From assembly GCA_965217865.1 (NCBI GenBank), contig CBDCJO010000002.1:1408001-1472000 (forward strand): DNA of 64,000 nt, read 5' to 3'. Source of the DNA: Candidatus Latescibacterota bacterium (GTDB taxonomy: Bacteria; Latescibacterota; UBA2968; SICM01). The translations under genes were made by a program, and so were the position numbers. Position 1 is the stretch's first letter. Every line of letters starts with the position of its first letter. Positions 23,048-34,415 of the stretch are shown piece by piece. The notes under the pieces are model-generated. The model was not told the origin of the DNA. It ran no database searches and worked only from the letters and a program-made list of their open reading frames with translations.

Positions 23048-23725
23048 TTAGTGAGTCAGAACCGAGTTTTCTTGATGAAAGAAATCATACACGCCCCTGC
23101 CGGTTTTGAATGGGCTTCTTTCATACTCTATAAGACCGTCTGTAATCATGAGAATCGTATTAGCGCCTTGGCGCAGTTCGCGATATCCTGATGAATAACA
23201 AGGCTCGTTAAGATCAAACGTGTTGGCTTGACCGACCCACTCGTAGAATTGCCGTTGGTTCAGTGCGAATTGCTCCAGTCCTGCAAGTTCAGGTGCCAAA
23301 ACGAATACCAGATTGTCTCCTATGGAAAACCATGACAGGCAATTTTCTCTTCTCGCACAGACCAAGCAAGCAGTTTCCCCTCGAACATCGCGGTATTTCT
23401 CTCTTATCTCAGGATTGGAGAAGAAGCTTACCAGCTGGTCGTTAAACTCCTTGAGAGGCTTCCCGTCGAGGCTGGAGGTGATAGATTCTGAATTCGCAAG
23501 CAGCAGGTCGATTGTAAGATCTGCACTTTGTGATCCGTTATGGCCGTCAAACAGGGCTGCGAACTCCCATGTTTCAGTGCTCCAAAGAAGAGCCGCGTCT
23601 TCGTTCTCTGTTTGGCCCGACTCCGAGCTCCCTCCAAAGCATCCCAAGATCATTTGTCCGCACTCGGTTACGGCGGGAGAGTCAATATGTGGTTCACGGC
23701 TTCCGGACCAGCTCAAATTTGGCAT
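23048..23725 (-). CDS. PP2C-like phosphatase domain protein
   Basis: ENEDA, LFDGHNG, SIGD, ITDGL motifs. Confidence 0.8.
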   Translation of the reverse strand: MPNLSWSGSREPHIDSPAVTECGQMILGCFGGSSESGQTENEDAALLWSTETWEFAALFDGHNGSQSADLTIDLLLANSESITSSLDGKPLKEFNDQLVSFFSNPEIREKYRDVRGETACLVCARRENCLSWFSIGDNLVFVLAPELAGLEQFALNQRQFYEWVGQANTFDLNEPCYSSGYRELRQGANTILMITDGLIEYERSPFKTGRGVYDFFHQENSVLTH

Positions 23726-23850
23726 CGTGGATAGTCAGGACTATAAAAAGTAATGCCCGCTCCTCTCAAATATTGAGAGGACACAAGTGGCCAAGTAGTG
23801 CTTAACGGTTTTGCTGTTTTATTGTTCAACCCTCAGGATAAGTAGGTCTG

Positions 23851-26800
23851 TCACTCTCCTTTCCTGTTCGACGATTGGACTGCTTCAATATGTTCCGGAG
23901 AGGACCATAATGCAACCGACGGCACAGCAGCCCGGTGGCCTGCCTCTCTTAACATGCTGTTGTCCAGGCATCGCTGCCAAATGAAGTCCGGCATAAGTCT
24001 GATGTAATCACGAGCGAATGTGTCCGGTTCATCCACGATTTGCAGATAATCAACAATCGTGTAGAAAAAATGTGGCCCAGTATCCCCCGAGCTGTCCCTC
24101 GGCCGGTGTGGAAGGTTCCCACTGTTGAGCGGACTGCCAGAAGCCATCTTCTTAATCATCCGGCGGACGGCAGCTATGGTTTCCCCGGCTCGTTCTTCCA
24201 GGCCTGAGGCGCGCTCCGCCTCCGCACAAGACTCTAATCCGCCCGCTATATACTTCTGGGATAGGCCAGGCATTTCATGGCTGACCTCGTGCCAGTATTC
24301 GTCTTGGTGTGTAGCAAGGACGGCCAGAATGCGGTCCCGGCAGGCCTCAACGGCTGAGAACAACTCTGCAGGAGGCTTCTGCCCAGCGTTAAAGACAGGA
24401 TAGGCTGCACAGTACCATCCGAGGCCCTCCAGGACTCTGCCGTCATATCCCACCCAGCCAACCGCTCGTCCATTTCGAGTGCCGGGCTTAAAATGAATCC
24501 GGTGCAGGTGCAAACCCTTATCAGGGTTCGGGTCCCAGCCGCGCCGGAGTATCCACAGAGCCGGTCGGCGACAGCGTTGGAAGAGTTCTCTCGCATATTT
24601 GGGGTCGTTCTGGCGGAAGTACAGGGCAGCCCTGGGCCAGCGCATCTTCTTCGAGCAGAGCCCAGTTCCGGCTCTCTCCTCCGCCGATCGGTGGTCCTAT
24701 TACCCGTACCTCATCGAGAACAAACGCTTTCTTACCTTCTGGGTCACTGAGGAATCGAATGCGAAGCAGCTTAGCCGTAAGCTGCTCTTTTGGGAGATCA
24801 CTACTATCCAGCTTAAGGATGACCTGCTTGTTGTCAACGACCTGATGAAGTGTCATCCATACCTTTCCGTCAACAGAAGATTCCACATCAAACATGGGAA
24901 CCTGAAACTCTTCCCCCCCAAAACCTATTACGACGGTATCCACTTTAATGGCTTTTGGAAGATCCACTGTCCAGATGGGTCGTTGCTCTGGCAGGTATGA
25001 GCCCCATCGGCTGAGTGGTCCAGGGCCTATCTCCCCATCGATAGGTCCGTCAGGATCATAAGACGGCCCGATGCGCCATGGTCCGGGGTCGGTCCAGATG
25101 CCTGCACCACCGCAGCGCGCCATGTAGAAGTTGAAGCAGCCGTCAAGCATCCACTTCAGCAAGTACTCGGCGAACTGGGCGCGAACCGAATCCCCGATGG
25201 CACGATAAGCTCTCGCCATGTAGAGCAGACCCAGTCCACCGTCCCAGTGCGTACCAGGATTGACGCCACGCTTTATACAGAACTGTTCAGCAAACTGTGG
25301 AAACGTCGATTGGTCGAGTGGGTCGAAGGTTGGCGGGATTTGGCTGTTGCTGATGTGAAAAAAGCCCCCTGCCTCCAAGTCCCGGGCAAAGAGATTCTGG
25401 GCCAGGGCCATGCTGGCCAGGACGTGCTGTGGACTCTCCTCCGGTTTCATGACATAAAGGACCGAAGAGCCTACGCGACCGTCACAAAGCGACCGATTCT
25501 TACGGACCAGATCGATCAACACGTGGTAAGCCCCAGGAGGTAAATGACGGTCGCTCTGGTCAAGCGTGATGTTGAACGTGTGCTTGCCGCCACTTAGCAG
25601 CCTGTTGAAAAAGTGCGTTTATGCCAAGATGACTGTTGTCTTTCCTTGTGGTTTGGTCCTATGATATATCAGGTTCAAACTGAGAAGGGAGGACGAGCAA
25701 ATGGCAATGGGAAAACGAGGACGACAGAGACAGGAAAACCTGTTCATCGCATCGAACACTTTGGTGAAATCTCCGGGTCATCCGTTCTACGAGAAGCTGA
25801 ATCAGGTATTGGGGGCGAACGGCTTCGACGAGTTCGTCGAGGGGCTTTGCCAGCGGTATTACGCTCCTCATATGGGTCGCAAGGGCATTCCCGCCCGGGG
25901 TTTATTTTCGGATGCTTTTGATTGGGTATTTCGAGGGACTTGATTCGGAACGTGGGATCGAATGGCGTGTATCTGACTCGCTGACGTTGCGCCGGTTTTT
26001 GGGGTATGCCCTTGACGAACAGACCCCGGATCATTCCAGCCTGTCTCGCATCCGGCATCGGCTTCCCTTGGAAGTTCACGAAGCGGTTTTCAAGTGGATC
26101 CTGAGGGTCTTGTGCAAAGCGGGTCTGGTGAAGGGGAAGACGTTGGGCGTGGATGCTACGACACTGGAGGCCAACGCCGCGATGCGCAGCATTGTACGCC
26201 GTGACACGGGTGAAGGCTACCAGGCATTCCTTGAGAATCTGGCCAAGGCCTCGGGCATTGAAACGCCTACCCGCGAGGACTTGTCCAAGATCGATAAGAA
26301 GCGACCGAAGAAGGGATCGAACCAGGACTGGGAGCACCCGCACGACCCGGATGCCAAGATCGCTAAGATGAAGGACGGTCGCACGCACATGGCGCACAAG
26401 GTGGAGCACGCGGTGGATCTGGACACCAATGCCATTGTGGCAGTGGCGTTGTCGGGAGCAGATGAAGGAGATACCGAGTCGTTGCCCTGGACGCTGCTCG
26501 AGGCGCAGCTCAATCTCAAGCAGGTCGCGAAGGACGAAAAAGCTGCCAAACGTTTGCACAGACAGCGTATACGGGAGGTGGTTGCGGACAAAGGATATCA
26601 TAGCAACGATGTATTGACCAGTCTGAAGCAAGGCGGCATCCGGAGTTACATTTCAGAACCGGATCGGGGACGCCGCAAGTGGAACGGCCGACGAGATGAG
26701 CAGGCCGCGGTATATGCGAATCGACGCCGGATCAAGGGAGATCGCGGCAAGGCCTTGCGCCGAAGTCGTGCAGAACGGGTGGAAAGAACCATCGCTCACA

Positions 26801-27584
26801 CATATGATACCGGTGGCATGCGCAGGTTGCACTTGAGAGACCGCGGCAATATCCTCAAGCGTTTGCTGATCCACATCGGGGGCTGCAACCTGGCTCTGCT
26901 CATGCGCAAAGTGATGGGCGTAGGTACTCCGAAGGCCCTCCAGGACCTGGCCAAGGCCTTGCAGCGTCTACTGCTCGTCCTACAATCACGTTTGCTGCCC
27001 TCGGTCACCTTTTTAACCTCTTATCAGCGTCTCCTGCTCAATCTCCTTACCTTGATTTATCTGACCCGCACTCCAGGCGTCTTTTCCGTCTATGTGCGTT
27101 GAAAGGTAGTTCTTCAACGGGCTGTTAGGACAGACTTTCCGGCCATCCGGACTATGACGAATTCCCTGGGAGTAGAATTCCCTCCAATGGAGAACAAGTC
27201 GCGAAAATGGATGACCACTTGGTCGTCCGGCTGGATGGTCTCTCCGCCAAAACACTCGGGGTTAACTGCATCGACAGTGCATATTGTTGTGACTCAACAC
27301 ACGAGTAAGGGAGGATACCAGTGGTAGGAAGGTAAGCAGAAAGTTGAACATAATCCGCAGCTGAGGTTTCTTCCGGGAACAACAACATCAAGAGGATTAC
27401 CTGCGATGCGAGAAACCTTCTGGAAGGGGATATAATAACCGGCATGCCAACCTCCGAGAGTATGAGGGATTTCTACATTGCCATGAGAACACGCCATGAC
27501 GTCTAACGCGAGAGTCGCCGATGCGGCATCAGTTAATAAGATAAGCGTAAATCTTACAACCAGAAGAGAAATCACCCCGTCCAT
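23851..27584 (-). pseudogene. large secreted/carbohydrate-active-like protein with discoidin-like insert, split by IS copy 3 and frameshifts
   Basis: Removing the IS and one TTAG rejoins ...MAGKSV-LSGGKHTF...HVLIDLVRK in frame; WTVDL...FDVESSVDGKVW resembles F5/8 type C. Confidence 0.6.
25598..27124 (+). mobile_element. IS1182/IS5-like IS, copy 3 (transposase frameshifted by an extra C near 25890)
   Basis: 1527 bp vs 1526 bp for other copies; clean TTAG target duplication. Confidence 0.92.
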
Positions 27585-27755
27585 GTTTGGGCAGGGTGAT
27601 TTTCTGGGAGGCTCGGCAACTCGATATTACACGGATTGTAGGGGGATCCGCCTCCATGAGTAGTGGAATTCAAGGCAGCAGTAAAACACGCGCTATCATT
27701 TTGTCTTGGTTTTCGTTCGTGTTGAGTGCTATCAGCATCTCTCGCGGACCATATC

Positions 27756-28546
27756 TTACCGCCCTTCCAAGTTCCTTGTGCACCTGTCATAGACGTACTC
27801 AGGATCTAGAGCGACTCCACAGTCCCACTCGATTGTGTCGCCGGAGACATGGACAGTCTTGAAGTCTTCGTACGCCGCGATCTCCTGGAACGGTCTCGAC
27901 CCGAGATGAGGCTTCATGTTCAGAACGCCTTCCTCTCCACTGTCAAAGGTGACGATGAGCGTACAGTCTTCGCGTGAAACAACCTCAATAACTGATGAGT
28001 ATGTTTCGGAAGTTGGTGAACGCTCCTCCTTGTACATTTGAAAAGCCTTCCATCCTGCTAATCTTAGTATTCGATAAACAAAGTCAGCCTTTCGATCGCT
28101 TTGCGTCGCAGAAGGATATTTGAAAAACTCCTCCTTGAGTTTCGTATACTCATCTCGAGCTTCTCGATTAGATCGTAGATAATCGCGGAACATGATCTGT
28201 CGTGGCCAAAAACCTCCACGGTCAGCATAGGCAATCGATAAGTGGAACTCGATAGGATCACCCTTTGTATAGAAATGCCTCTCGCCGCTGGATGATTTGG
28301 GACGGAAGTTGTATCCTATCTGAGCAAGGGGATCGGTGAAGCCATCAGCCTCTTTGTGACTTCAATCATCACCGCAATGTCGATAATCGGCTTTGATAAC
28401 AGACCTTCTATAGACGTACTGCCGATATGTTCAATCTCTATGGCTGCATCACCGAGAACCGCCCTGACCTTCCCTTTTTCGACATTAAAGTCTTCCTGCC
28501 AGATTGGCTGGTACCGCGATAGGTCAAGGGTCTGTTCCTTACGCAT
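27756..28546 (-). pseudogene. GrpB-family protein fused to DUF2442-like domain, frameshifted
   Basis: IEHIGSTSI...KPIIDI and FRDYLR...Y..LK (GrpB); LIVTFDSGE...TIEWDCGVALDPE (DUF2442-like). Confidence 0.7.
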
Positions 28547-28570
28547 CTTCCCTCCAAAGAACAACATGGC

Positions 28571-28634
28571 TCTTAACGGTTTTGGCACATAGATGAAAAA
28601 ATCTATGAACCCCTCATGTGCCGGTACTTTAAGC
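28571..28634 (-). repeat. attC-like site
   Basis: - strand GCTTAAA-5nt-GGCACAT...ATGTGCC-6nt-GTTAAGA, between a stop codon and the next start. Confidence 0.7.
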
Positions 28635-28655
28635 CCGAAGAAAAATGGGGTTCAC

Positions 28656-29357
28656 TCACTTTCTTGTCTCTTTCGATCTCTTCATCTGATCCCAAATCTT
28701 CTCCCGGTCCAGGAATCTTTGAATAGCCTTCTTTGGGTCCTCCAGGATCGGGGTCCCGTGTGCAAAACACACTGCTTCGAAAGGATATTCAAGAAGATTG
28801 ATGAGGGATGACCTCCCAATATCCGCATTTGGAACATAATCTACGTTATACACGGAGACCTCACCGTCCGGGACCCCAATATCAGCTCGTCCTCCACATA
28901 GTGCATCACCAAGTATCAAAATTCCGCCCTCTCCTCCTACAAGAAAACCGGTCTCCTCCACCCAGGACATACCCGGAACGTGAATTGTTTCAATAGTACC
29001 CCATAAGCTCTGACCGCTTTGAAAGGTGTAGTCCACTTCAAAATCCACATCCGGAATCCCCAGGCTGTTCAGGTGAACCTGACAGCCCCAGTGGGCACGG
29101 CACCACTGAGATTCTCTAAAGTGCCAATTACAGGTCAATATACTATCTGTTGGCGTCCCCAGCGCTTCAATCCCATGGATCACTTGTTCTGACAGAGGAA
29201 GCGGATCTACCAGGATGATGCGGTTTTCCAGTTGGATAGCATAGCTGTTCCATAAGTATTCCCGATCCCCCGTCCCGTGCACCTCTGGCCAGGTATAGAC
29301 GCCGGAATACAGATGTCTTAGCATGTCATTGTCCTTTATCCCATTCGGATCTACCAA
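28656..29357 (-). CDS. metallo-beta-lactamase-fold protein
   Basis: ILVDP, ILTCNWHFR, ILGDAL, CFAHG motifs. Confidence 0.7.
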   Translation of the reverse strand: MVDPNGIKDNDMLRHLYSGVYTWPEVHGTGDREYLWNSYAIQLENRIILVDPLPLSEQVIHGIEALGTPTDSILTCNWHFRESQWCRAHWGCQVHLNSLGIPDVDFEVDYTFQSGQSLWGTIETIHVPGMSWVEETGFLVGGEGGILILGDALCGGRADIGVPDGEVSVYNVDYVPNADIGRSSLINLLEYPFEAVCFAHGTPILEDPKKAIQRFLDREKIWDQMKRSKETRK

Positions 29358-29594
29358 TTCATTCGGGTCGTTCTATCTTCTCGAGGTGGTTTTTAAGAGT
29401 GTTGTATGGCTGCTTAAGGAGGTCAAACCATTTTTTCTATATTCTGATCCTAAGCGTAATATATATGAATTATATATGCTTATCTTTCAACTAAAGAAAA
29501 ATCATTTCAAAAGGCAACTTTCAGAAGCTGTTTTGGATCTTTTATTTAGTTACATAGATCTCCGCTTCTGTTTCATTTAACATTGGTAGAATCT

Positions 29595-30980
29595 ATGAAC
29601 CAAAAAACCGACAAACAGCTTGTTCAAGAGACTCTGAACGGCGATTTCGATAGCTTTGATCGCCTTGTGGAAAAGTATCAGGGCATGATGTGCGGGTTAG
29701 CGTACAATTGGACGCGAAACCTTGCAGATGCTCAGGATATAACACAGGAGACTTTCCTCCGAGCCTATGAAAAATTGGATCAACTAAGAGATCCGGACAA
29801 ATTCTCTGGCTGGCTCCACAGAATCGCCACCAATGCCTGTCGCAAATGGCAAAGAGGCCTCTCTGAGCAGATCCTATCCATTGATGCTCCTGAAAATCAG
29901 AGATTACGTAACGAACTCCCATATGGTAGTATGCCAGAAGATAGGCTCGAAGCTGAGGAGAAGCGCCAAGCCTTTGAGAACATTCTAAATCGGCTGTCGG
30001 ATAAGGTTCGTTTGGCTACGACTCTCTTTTACATAGACGATCTTTCCTATCGCGAGATCAGTAATTTCCTTGGAGTGTCAATTCCCACCGTAAAAAGCCG
30101 GCTCCACAAGGCTAGAAAACAGTTAGTGAAGGAGGCAGTTCCGATGATTGAAGACACCTTGCGCCAACGGAAATACAAACTCAAATTCCAGAATCTACAG
30201 ATGATCAATGATGATTTCTTCAAAGAAGCTATTCAAAACTACGTTGCGGAGTACTATGCCCATTTCAGAAAAAGGCTGGTTTCGGTTTATGTTTGGGGAA
30301 GTGTTCACAGAAACGAAGCCGTCCCCGGAGTTTCCGACCTTCAATTACATCCTTTCATTAGAGATTCTCGTAATGAATCTGATTGGCGCTGGTTAAAGGA
30401 AACTCAAGAAAGGCTGGCTCAGGGGGAGTCTCCAAGAGTCGACAGCCTTTGTCCTCCGAATACGATAGATCAGATTTTACAGGGAACACAATCGGATGCT
30501 GACAGAAATTCGTCGTTGCGGTCAGAAGCATTTGGTTTTCGGTTACGTTATGACGCCACCCTTGTCTGGGGTTGCGATCTCATAGATGAGTTAGACATAC
30601 CAATTCCAACTCCCAATAAAGAATGGGCACACGGCTATTTCCAATCAGTTTGGGAGCTTGCTCGGTATGCATCAGGATCAGAGAAAGAGAATAGAACAGA
30701 CTTTTCGCTGCCTGGTGAACCTCCATTGCGACTACGCAAGCTGGCTCGACTTGGAGTATTTGGCGGGGCGTGCCTCTTAATGGCAAAAGGGGAGTTTCGT
30801 TCATTCAAAGGTTTAGAGGTCATACCGGTCTTAGAGAAGTCCTTAGCAAACTGGACAGCCTTTCTTGATAGGACCCGCGAGCTCTACATCAGTCTGAGCG
30901 GAGACTCGGAGGATGAAGGTTCTGGATATCTATCCCAACTTTCGACGTGGATGGATTGGATTGGGGAACAACTGGAATAG
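29595..30980 (+). CDS. ECF sigma-70 factor fused to a nucleotidyltransferase-like domain
   Basis: DAQDITQETFLRAY, FSGWLHRIA, SYREISNFLG..TVKSRLHKAR; C-terminal VYVWGSV...GVSDLQL. Confidence 0.8.
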   Translation: MNQKTDKQLVQETLNGDFDSFDRLVEKYQGMMCGLAYNWTRNLADAQDITQETFLRAYEKLDQLRDPDKFSGWLHRIATNACRKWQRGLSEQILSIDAPENQRLRNELPYGSMPEDRLEAEEKRQAFENILNRLSDKVRLATTLFYIDDLSYREISNFLGVSIPTVKSRLHKARKQLVKEAVPMIEDTLRQRKYKLKFQNLQMINDDFFKEAIQNYVAEYYAHFRKRLVSVYVWGSVHRNEAVPGVSDLQLHPFIRDSRNESDWRWLKETQERLAQGESPRVDSLCPPNTIDQILQGTQSDADRNSSLRSEAFGFRLRYDATLVWGCDLIDELDIPIPTPNKEWAHGYFQSVWELARYASGSEKENRTDFSLPGEPPLRLRKLARLGVFGGACLLMAKGEFRSFKGLEVIPVLEKSLANWTAFLDRTRELYISLSGDSEDEGSGYLSQLSTWMDWIGEQLE

Positions 30981-31295
30981 ACAACGAGGTCTCAAACGAA
31001 ATATTCGCTTTATGTCAGAAGGAAATACTCTTACGTCCGAACCCGACATCCGCATTCTCACCTCACATCATACCTTAATATCGCCACATAAGCTCCGACA
31101 AACCCCAGAACGGCCAGAATTATAAGGTTCAGGATACGAAAGGCGTTTCTCGACAGGCATTCTCCCACGATTTTAAGCAAGCTTGCAATGAGCTCTTCGA
31201 CAAGCTCAGGATGGGCTCCGACAAAGAATCTCGGATTGGAATATCCAAGAGATTTGTCGATGTTGGGGGGTGTTCTGAACACACTCAAGAGATTC

Positions 31296-31949
31296 TTACG
31301 CATCATTCAATAATTCCACGAGCGACTCCCGGGCCTCCGTTGGATTATAATCATAAGGTCCATATCCGCCTCGATAATACACTTTCCCCCCTTTGTCGAT
31401 AATGTAAATCCGCTCCGGCCATGACGCAAAGACTTCAGAGGCAAGATTGTCCATGCTGTCTACCAATGTCGGAATACGCAGCTCAAGTTCTTGGGCACAT
31501 AACTGAGCCGCTGCCAACCGCTGAACAAACTTGCTGTGTTGCTTAAGCCGGATACCCGCCTGTTCATTGGAGCTGATTTGCCATTCATCAACTGCGTGGG
31601 CTTCTGCAATGTAAATAACGTAAAACAGGGCTTGATCCTTGAACTGATCGTGCATTTCCTGGAGGTCGCCAACCTGGCGACGAAATGGTGGTCATGTGTA
31701 GCTGCCAAAGAACAAAACAAGCGGTTGATTTTGGGTCAGAATGTCGAGATTTTGCACTTGCCTGGTTTCAAGGGAAGTTAACTTTAGATGAGGTATTGGA
31801 TCGCCGACATCGAGCTTGTTGGGGGTTCGATACGTTGTGATACTGCAAAACATCGCTTCCCGTTGAACGGGGTCGGTTTGGGCATTTACCCCTTCGAGAT
31901 CCTGCCGGCAGACAAATTGACTTTCGTCCAGTTGATCAATGTCCGACAT
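31296..31949 (-). CDS. iodothyronine deiodinase-like selenoprotein (UGA at 31692-31694 read as Sec)
   Basis: PLVLFFGSYT-UGA-PPF continues in frame to IYIAEAHAVDEW and WPERIYII; SECIS-like hairpin follows the UGA. Confidence 0.85.
31653..31687 (-). promoter_or_regulatory. bacterial SECIS-like hairpin
   Basis: CATTTC-GTCGCCA-GGT-TGGCGAC-ctccag-GAAATG starting 4 nt after the UGA. Confidence 0.75.
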
Positions 31950-32023
31950 ACCACTTTCTCTCCGTGTTAACCGGTCTGGAAAGGGAAACGCGAAAAAGGC
32001 CGCGGCCGAATTAAAGTTTTGTT

Positions 32024-34384
32024 TCAAGAGGTTAATTGTTCTTCGCTCAAATCTGTGGGCAGAATAACCGTGAACGTCGTCCCCTTCCCAACCTCGCTCT
32101 TCACCTGTATCTTTCCCCTGTGATCCTGAACAATCTGATAGCAGATCGATAACCCCAACCCAGTTCCCACACCCACGCCCTTGGTCGTAAACCCCGGATC
32201 AAAAACCTTATCCAGATTCTCCTGTGGTATCCCTACACCACTATCCTGAATCGACACACGGACCCGCTCTTCCTGCAAAACCGTCCGAATCCTGATCTCA
32301 CCCTTTCCTTCTATCGCGTGAGAAGCATTCACCAGAAGGTTCAAAAACACCTGATTCAACCGGCTGGGATAGCATACAATAGGGGGAATATCCCCATATT
32401 CTTTTACCACTTCAATCCGGTTCTTAAGATCGTGGTGCACCAGCGGCAATGTGTTGTCGATCGCCTCGTGAATATCCACCTCTTTCAACTCCGCTTCATC
32501 CAGCCTGGCAAATCTCCTCAAACTGCGCACGATCCCCGTCACACGCTCCGTGCCTGTGGCGATCACCCGGTTGGCATCTAAGATCACCTTCAACGACGTC
32601 TGCATCGCCCGGTTCTCGTTGTATTCCTTTGGGAAGGTCGACGCCAGGGTGTCTTTCAGCTTCTCCACTGCACGCATGAGTGTATCGTGCATGCTGTTGA
32701 TGGCGCCTATCGGTGTGTTGATCTCGTGGGCGATGCCTGCGACCAGATTTCCCAGGGATGCCATCTTCTCCGACTGTACCAACTGGGACTGGGTTTCTCT
32801 CAGTTCCTGATTGGCTTTTTTTAGTTCCTCCGAAGCCGCCTTCTTGTCGGTAATGTCCCTGGCAATACCAATAAAGGAGATAACATTACCTTCCTCATCC
32901 TTCAAACAGGATGCATTGGACGTATGCCACCGCAAGCTTCCGTCTTTATGTTTAACGCGATACTCGATTCCGCTCTGTTTCTTCCCTGTCTCAACCACTT
33001 TTTGAAGAAAATCCAAACACGCTTGCAGATCCTCCGGATGTATAAAAGGCGCAAATGACTTTCCCTCTGCCTCGGAAACATCGTATCCCAGGATGTCTGT
33101 CCAGTTAGGGGAAACATAAGTAAAGATGCCATCCGGTGTCAGGGAGTAGATTATATCATTTGCGTTCTCCACAATATTGCGGAACCGTTCTTCGCTCTCG
33201 GCCAGTGCCTCTTCCGCATGCTTCCGTTCAGTAATGTCGATGCCGGTGCCGATGATATGTTCAACAGAACCCTCGCTGTCGAGCAGCGCCGTGTTCGACC
33301 ACGTAATCAAGCGGCGGTCCCCCTCCTTTGTGACCCAGTAGTTTTCACCTTCATTCGGGAAGTAACCGGCTCGCAGTTCGTCAAAGATGGCTCGAACCCG
33401 TTCGACTTCTTCCGGGATCAGGAACAGGTCCCAGAACGGTTTCCCACTTACCTCGTCAAAAGTGTAGCCGGTGGTAAGCTCACACGCGCGGTTGAAGCGG
33501 ACTATCCGGCCTTGGGGATCCAGAACCACCACAAGGGCTCCGGCGGTATCCAGAACCGTGGAGACAAAATTCCGTTCGCTTTCCAGAGCCGCGTCGGCCT
33601 GTTTGTGCTCTGTAAAGTCTTCGCTCATACCGCAGATGCGGTAGATCTCGCCCGACTGATCCCGAATCGGAAAAGCGCGGGATCTCATCCAGCGGGTCGT
33701 TCCATCAGGCCGTAGAATCCGGAATTCCTGGCTCCCATCCGGGCCTACGATCCGGAACTCCTCATCTCGCATCTCGGTTTCGGGGCGACCTATTGCGGCC
33801 GACATTCTTTCGTGCACCCACCCACGGTCATCCGGATGGACGGCGCTCAGAAGGGATTCCGGATCATCGTAGAGGCTCTGGCGGCTGCGCCCGAAGATCT
33901 TCTCATAAGCCTGGCTGACATAGACAATTCGTCCCGTCTTAACATCCCGTATCCAGAAAACTTCATCTATGTTCTCCGTCAACTGCCGAAACAGGGTCTC
34001 ACTTTCCCGAAGCGCCTCCTCCGCCCTCTTTCGCTCGGTAATATCGTAGAGTCCACCGATAATAACAGGTTCTCCGTCCAATTTCGAAATAACCAGGGAG
34101 AAAATGGTCCAGAGAACCTGTCCGTCTTTATCCTTGATGCGCACCTCGTGGTCCTGCAAATACCCATCTTCCGTCAGACGCTTCAACACATATTTCCGAT
34201 CGTCGGGATCCGCATAAAAGTCGGGCGTTTCCCGCCCGATCAGCTCATCCGGCGTCAGGCCCACCAGTTCCCCGAGGTGTTTATTAGCATACAGGATTTT
34301 TCCGTCGGATACCCGGCTGATTATCAGGGGAATCGGAGAGGCCTCAAGAAGGACCCGAAGCTGTTGATCGGAACGATTCATCAT
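32024..34384 (-). CDS. multi-PAS sensor histidine kinase (orphan)
   Basis: Four PAS/PAC repeats; AGIAHEINTP H-box, N, G1, F and G2 boxes. Confidence 0.95.
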   Translation of the reverse strand: MMNRSDQQLRVLLEASPIPLIISRVSDGKILYANKHLGELVGLTPDELIGRETPDFYADPDDRKYVLKRLTEDGYLQDHEVRIKDKDGQVLWTIFSLVISKLDGEPVIIGGLYDITERKRAEEALRESETLFRQLTENIDEVFWIRDVKTGRIVYVSQAYEKIFGRSRQSLYDDPESLLSAVHPDDRGWVHERMSAAIGRPETEMRDEEFRIVGPDGSQEFRILRPDGTTRWMRSRAFPIRDQSGEIYRICGMSEDFTEHKQADAALESERNFVSTVLDTAGALVVVLDPQGRIVRFNRACELTTGYTFDEVSGKPFWDLFLIPEEVERVRAIFDELRAGYFPNEGENYWVTKEGDRRLITWSNTALLDSEGSVEHIIGTGIDITERKHAEEALAESEERFRNIVENANDIIYSLTPDGIFTYVSPNWTDILGYDVSEAEGKSFAPFIHPEDLQACLDFLQKVVETGKKQSGIEYRVKHKDGSLRWHTSNASCLKDEEGNVISFIGIARDITDKKAASEELKKANQELRETQSQLVQSEKMASLGNLVAGIAHEINTPIGAINSMHDTLMRAVEKLKDTLASTFPKEYNENRAMQTSLKVILDANRVIATGTERVTGIVRSLRRFARLDEAELKEVDIHEAIDNTLPLVHHDLKNRIEVVKEYGDIPPIVCYPSRLNQVFLNLLVNASHAIEGKGEIRIRTVLQEERVRVSIQDSGVGIPQENLDKVFDPGFTTKGVGVGTGLGLSICYQIVQDHRGKIQVKSEVGKGTTFTVILPTDLSEEQLTS

Positions 34385-34415
34385 AGGATCACCACCCATC
34401 ATCCAGCATTTCAAT

